This document shows, in pieces, positions 37,103 through 40,669 of a stretch of 40,669 bases of DNA. The notes under the pieces are model-generated. The model did no database searches and was not told the origin of the DNA. It was given only the letters and a program-made list of their open reading frames with translations. The stretch's first letter is position 1; each line of letters opens with the position of its first letter. Origin of the DNA: Candidatus Aenigmatarchaeota archaeon (GTDB taxonomy: Archaea > Aenigmatarchaeota > Aenigmatarchaeia > GW2011-AR5). The translations under genes were made by a program, and so were the position numbers. The stretch is taken from the NCBI GenBank assembly GCA_018304605.1, contig JAGVVU010000009.1:1-40669 (forward strand), written 5' to 3'.

Positions 37103-37234
37103 AGCCCCGTTCGAGAGTCGAACTCGAGACCTCTTAAGGAGAAACGTGAAAACACGGTTTCTTTACCTTACCAAGGTTTAGCGACCAAATTCGAGCGAAA
37201 TTGGCTAGCGCTCTTCCAACTGAGCTAACGGAGC
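37103..37234 (-). tRNA. tRNA-Thr(GGU) with introns at 28/29 (37178-37206) and 42/43 (37134-37163)
   Basis: Spliced form GCTCCGTTAGCTCAGTTGGAAGAGCGCT|ACCTTGGTAAGGTA|GAGGTCTCGAGTTCGACTCTCGAACGGGGCT; perfect 4-bp central helices AGCG/CGCT and AAGG/CCTT with 3-nt bulges. Confidence 0.9.
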
Positions 37235-38014
37235 ATTTTGCAGTATGAGTTTTCTATCATCATAGCTTAAAAACTGTTTACAGAAACCGTATTTTTTCCA
37301 TAGCTGTAATTTTATTAAATGTTTTGGACTCCTAAACCCAACTTCTTTAATCCACATGTTTAGATTTTCTCTGCCGTTTATATCAATCTTGATTCCATAA
37401 GTATATTTATTATTTCTTTTATCAAGATTTTTGGTATCACAGCAGGTATATTTTATTCCTATATTTTCTAGTATTTCTAAAATCTGAGTTTTTAGAATTC
37501 TATTAGTAGAAACAAATTCTCCTGTTATTTTAGGGTATTTTTCATGTCTAAAGACTAACGAGAAATCAGTGTCTACTATCCCTCCAAGGCATGATTTTTG
37601 AAACTCTAAGTCAGACTCCATTATAATTTTAGGGATTTGTATTCTGCCATTTTTACGCCCATTTGATAGACCAAGAGAATTAAGTTTGAAAGTTGTTATG
37701 GCTTTACTTTTTATGACTAGTTGAATTGTGTTCTTAGTTGATTCATAAGGCGATAAGCTCTTATTGTAGAGACTTTTGATGATAGGAATTAAAACTGTTT
37801 TATAGAAATCATACTCATTTTTAAGGTCTCCAGAATACGTGACCATATATAATGTTCCATCAATTCTTCTATAACATGAAATATGGCCATCACCAATATG
37901 CGTGCCAGTTTCATAACATAAGTCATTTGTTAAAATCTGAGGAGTTCTTATTCCAATCCTTATGTCATTTTGGCTAAATTCAACTTTAGAAATATCCAAT
38001 TCAATTGAACGCAT
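37205..38014 (-). CDS. Free-standing double-motif LAGLIDADG homing endonuclease-like protein
   Basis: Motifs CYETGTHIGDGHI and SCLGGIVDTDFSL; IGF-like VGFRSPKH tail; much more AT-rich than flanking genes. Confidence 0.82.
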   Translation of the reverse strand: MRSIELDISKVEFSQNDIRIGIRTPQILTNDLCYETGTHIGDGHISCYRRIDGTLYMVTYSGDLKNEYDFYKTVLIPIIKSLYNKSLSPYESTKNTIQLVIKSKAITTFKLNSLGLSNGRKNGRIQIPKIIMESDLEFQKSCLGGIVDTDFSLVFRHEKYPKITGEFVSTNRILKTQILEILENIGIKYTCCDTKNLDKRNNKYTYGIKIDINGRENLNMWIKEVGFRSPKHLIKLQLWKKYGFCKQFLSYDDRKLILQNAPLAQLEER

Positions 38015-38066
38015 TGAGACAATAAGATAAAGAATCTATTAATTCTTTCTGTCACAACTTGAATCC

Positions 38067-38432
38067 ATGATAAAATACCATCACGCGCCGGACATCGAGG
38101 ATAGGGCAAAATCAATCGGCCAGAAAGTCGGCATAATGCATGATTTCTCGCGGATAAAATTCGTGCGAAGCACGGGCAGCCAGGCCACGCGCACGCTTGC
38201 CAGATGCCACGCTTTTCCGCGCGTGCTGCAGGCTGCGCTCGGCATGAAGGCGCATTATGTCATCGAAGTGATTTCAGAGCAGTTTGACAGGATGAGTGAG
38301 GAGCAGCAGACAAAGACTATAATACACGAGCTGATGCACATACCGAAATCGATGGGCGGCGGATTTCGCCACCACGATTATGTTTGCTCAAAAAATATAG
38401 AAAGGATGTACAGGATGCTGAGGGAGAATTGA
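38067..38432 (+). CDS. Putative zinc metallopeptidase (phage metallopeptidase-like)
   Basis: TIIHELMHIP HExxH motif, ARCH and FRHHD. Confidence 0.75.
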   Translation: MIKYHHAPDIEDRAKSIGQKVGIMHDFSRIKFVRSTGSQATRTLARCHAFPRVLQAALGMKAHYVIEVISEQFDRMSEEQQTKTIIHELMHIPKSMGGGFRHHDYVCSKNIERMYRMLREN

Positions 38433-38671
38433 TGGGGATGAAACATGGACCTAGGCACGTAAGGAATATAAAGGAGTTGGAACGGCTGAAACCTTCTGAT
38501 GGAATCGTATACATTAACAGGCACAACGGCAGCGTAATATGCAGTGTCAATGACCCGTATCATAACTGGTTCGTCAATGTGCCACAATACGCCTTTGATG
38601 CTGTATCAAAAGGCGGCGCGGCAACTGTCGAAGAAATAAGAAATTATATCAGGGATCATCCGCAACCTTAA
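38432..38671 (+). CDS. Hypothetical protein (79 aa)
   Basis: ATG overlaps the upstream TGA (TGATG coupling). Confidence 0.55.
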   Translation: MGMKHGPRHVRNIKELERLKPSDGIVYINRHNGSVICSVNDPYHNWFVNVPQYAFDAVSKGGAATVEEIRNYIRDHPQP

Positions 38672-38673
38672 CC

Positions 38674-38979
38674 TTACTTTGCATTGTCCGCTTTCGCTTC
38701 CTTTTTCGCCGCGTCCTTCATCTTCGGCACGGTTATCTTGAGCTTGCATTTCTCGCAGTTTATGCTGAAGGGCCTTTTCCACGGCTGCTCCGAATAAGCA
38801 GAATGTCCGCACTCAGGGCATGTGTATTCCACCATTGCTGTTGTGCTGTTTGGTGGAACAAGGACGCGTATCTTGCCGCCCGGCTTTCCTGCTTTGCTCT
38901 TCACGTCACGCCATGTATGATAGCCGCATTCCTTTGGCTTAATATTATTCTTTACAACATAGTCCTGAATTTTTCCCAT
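38674..38979 (-). CDS. Zn-ribbon protein
   Basis: YTCPECGH...CEKCK motif. Confidence 0.65.
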   Translation of the reverse strand: MGKIQDYVVKNNIKPKECGYHTWRDVKSKAGKPGGKIRVLVPPNSTTAMVEYTCPECGHSAYSEQPWKRPFSINCEKCKLKITVPKMKDAAKKEAKADNAK

Positions 38980-39028
38980 GATTATCACTTGTTACATTGA
39001 TGACTGATTATTTATACTTTTGTTTGCT

Positions 39029-39835
39029 TCATGCAACTTCACCGGCCAAAAACGCGAAAACACCGATGACGATGCCGATCAGCACGAGTTTGGAGCTGTA
39101 TTTCACCGGCACTGCCGCCGATGCGAGGAATGCTATGTCCGCCATCAGCACGAAGAACAGGTAGGTCATCCCGAGCAGACCAAGCAGGTAGGGAACGAAG
39201 CTGAATATGACGGCAACTGTCAGGAACACGTTCGCGATTATCCTCGCATTCGAGACTCCCAGCTTTATCGCCACGCTGTTCTCCTCATATCTTCTGTCAG
39301 CCAGTGAGCTGTCTATGTTTTTGTAGATTTCCCTTCCCGCGCCTGAAAGGAATGCAAAGAGAGCAAGCGGCAGCGCAGGCAGGTGATTTCCAGCAGCAAG
39401 CCCGCCGAAAAAGAAGGCTAAAGCTGCCAAGCCGCTGATGACCAGGTTTCCTATCAAGATCGTCCGCTTAAGCTGTGCAGAATAGACAATCAGCAGCCCT
39501 GAAGCGATGGCTGCCACGGCAAGTGTGTCAAAATTAATGAAATATGCGAGCGCGATGCCAGCGGCGAACAATATTCCCGACAAGGCAAGCGTTTTTCGCT
39601 TGCTTGCTTTCCCTCTTGCAAGCGGCCTGTCCGGCCTGTTAAGCTTGTCAGATTCCGCGTCGAAATAGTCATTTGCTGCAAAGCTGCCTGCCGCTATGAG
39701 AAAAGCAGACAGAATGGCCAGTATTGCGTTGAGTTCCGGAATGAGCGCAGAGCCGGCGATTAGCGTCCCAATCCAGACGGCTGCGGCCGCTATAATGCTC
39801 CTTTCCGGGCGTATTATCCGCATATACCCGATCAT
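39029..39835 (-). CDS. UbiA-family prenyltransferase, likely digeranylgeranylglyceryl phosphate synthase
   Basis: IIRP, NDYFDAESDKLNRPDRPL, YSAQLK..LIGNL and GREIYKNID motifs; multi-TM. Confidence 0.85.
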   Translation of the reverse strand: MIGYMRIIRPERSIIAAAAVWIGTLIAGSALIPELNAILAILSAFLIAAGSFAANDYFDAESDKLNRPDRPLARGKASKRKTLALSGILFAAGIALAYFINFDTLAVAAIASGLLIVYSAQLKRTILIGNLVISGLAALAFFFGGLAAGNHLPALPLALFAFLSGAGREIYKNIDSSLADRRYEENSVAIKLGVSNARIIANVFLTVAVIFSFVPYLLGLLGMTYLFFVLMADIAFLASAAVPVKYSSKLVLIGIVIGVFAFLAGEVA

Positions 39836-39868
39836 GCTAACAATTTGGTTCCCGTGCTTAAAAAAGTG

Positions 39869-40669
39869 CTAGGCAGCCAGTTCGGGATCGCGGCTGATCC
39901 GGTCGAAGAAATCAGATATATGACCGAATACATCTTCCATTTGCTTGTCTGTCGGCCGCTTGTAGAATTCATCCAAGTGCACCAGTTCAGTTTTCGCGCC
40001 GTTATTTTTCATCATCTCTGCCGCCTCTGTCGCATCCTTATAATCGACATGGCCATCGCTGGATGCGCAAAGGATTTGCGTGGGAGTCCGGTATTCTGGC
40101 GCGGATTTGATGGCATCGAACAACGACGAATCATCGTCTATCATTCTTATCAGATTAGCCTGATCCACCAGCGTGAAGACATGCAGTTCGGGTCTGCTGG
40201 CAAGGGTCACCGGCACTGCGAGAGCCCTCGCATACGGCGTCTTCGATATCGTGTAAAGGGCCTGATGCTCTCTTATGTATTTCCCGAGCCTTTCGGGCGG
40301 CTGCACAACGGCAACGGCGGCAAATCTTTTTTCCTTGTCAGTCAGCGCAGCCTTCAGGAGGCGTTCCCCGCCGAAGCTGTGACCGATGCCGAAAAAGCAC
40401 CTGAACTTGTTCCGGGGCTCTGATTTTCCTATCTCATTCCTCAGCCAGTCGATCGGGTAATAAACAGCGTCTATCATGGTGCTTTCAGTGAAGTGCCTGC
40501 CATCGTCCCAGTCTGATATGACAGCAAGCCTTCCGCTTTCAGCCGCGAGCTGGCCCATCCTTTCGTATGTTTTCGGAGGCCTTCCAAAGCCGGAGTACAT
40601 CGCGATGGCGTAATCACTGATAGAATCAGGAACGTAAAAGACAAGCCTCTGATGCCCGGGTTCTTTGAG
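39869..40669 (-). CDS. Alpha/beta-hydrolase fold protein (5' end beyond the window)
   Basis: GIGHSFGG nucleophile elbow; frame stays open to the right edge. Confidence 0.65.
   Translation of the reverse strand, partial: LKEPGHQRLVFYVPDSISDYAIAMYSGFGRPPKTYERMGQLAAESGRLAVISDWDDGRHFTESTMIDAVYYPIDWLRNEIGKSEPRNKFRCFFGIGHSFGGERLLKAALTDKEKRFAAVAVVQPPERLGKYIREHQALYTISKTPYARALAVPVTLASRPELHVFTLVDQANLIRMIDDDSSLFDAIKSAPEYRTPTQILCASSDGHVDYKDATEAAEMMKNNGAKTELVHLDEFYKRPTDKQMEDVFGHISDFFDRISRDPELAA

Overview
Archaeal chromosome segment. The archaeal-type RNAP subunits, aEF-1alpha, aEF-2, aIF5B and L30e, the multi-intron tRNAs and the divergent proteins suggest a DPANN-type organism such as an Aenigmarchaeota-like lineage; this taxonomy is inference. 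The minus strand carries the conserved transcription/translation cluster: 5S rRNA, tRNA-Asp, tRNA-Lys, rpoH, rpoB, rpoA', rpoA'', L30e, nusA, S12, S7, then EF-2, EF-1alpha, S10, adk and aIF5B, broken up by blocks of accessory genes. The right third holds small hypothetical, redox and RNA-modification genes, tRNA-Tyr, tRNA-Thr and a LAGLIDADG endonuclease gene. Main observations: (1) A repeated non-coding two-domain element in three copies (16849-17019, 28096-28211, 28212-28433) with compensatory base changes and extra plug-in hairpins, plus three smaller hairpin-repeat families at gene starts, gene ends and inside tRNA introns. (2) All four tRNA genes have two BHB-type introns each, six of the eight at non-canonical positions. 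(3) The LAGLIDADG ORF reads into tRNA-Thr and stops at the exon/intron junction. (4) aIF5B, adk and rpoB each lack about 15-20 conserved codons and are frameshifted, most likely local assembly errors. (5) One secreted protein looks like an outer-membrane beta-barrel. All calls were made by eye; no searches or folding programs were run.
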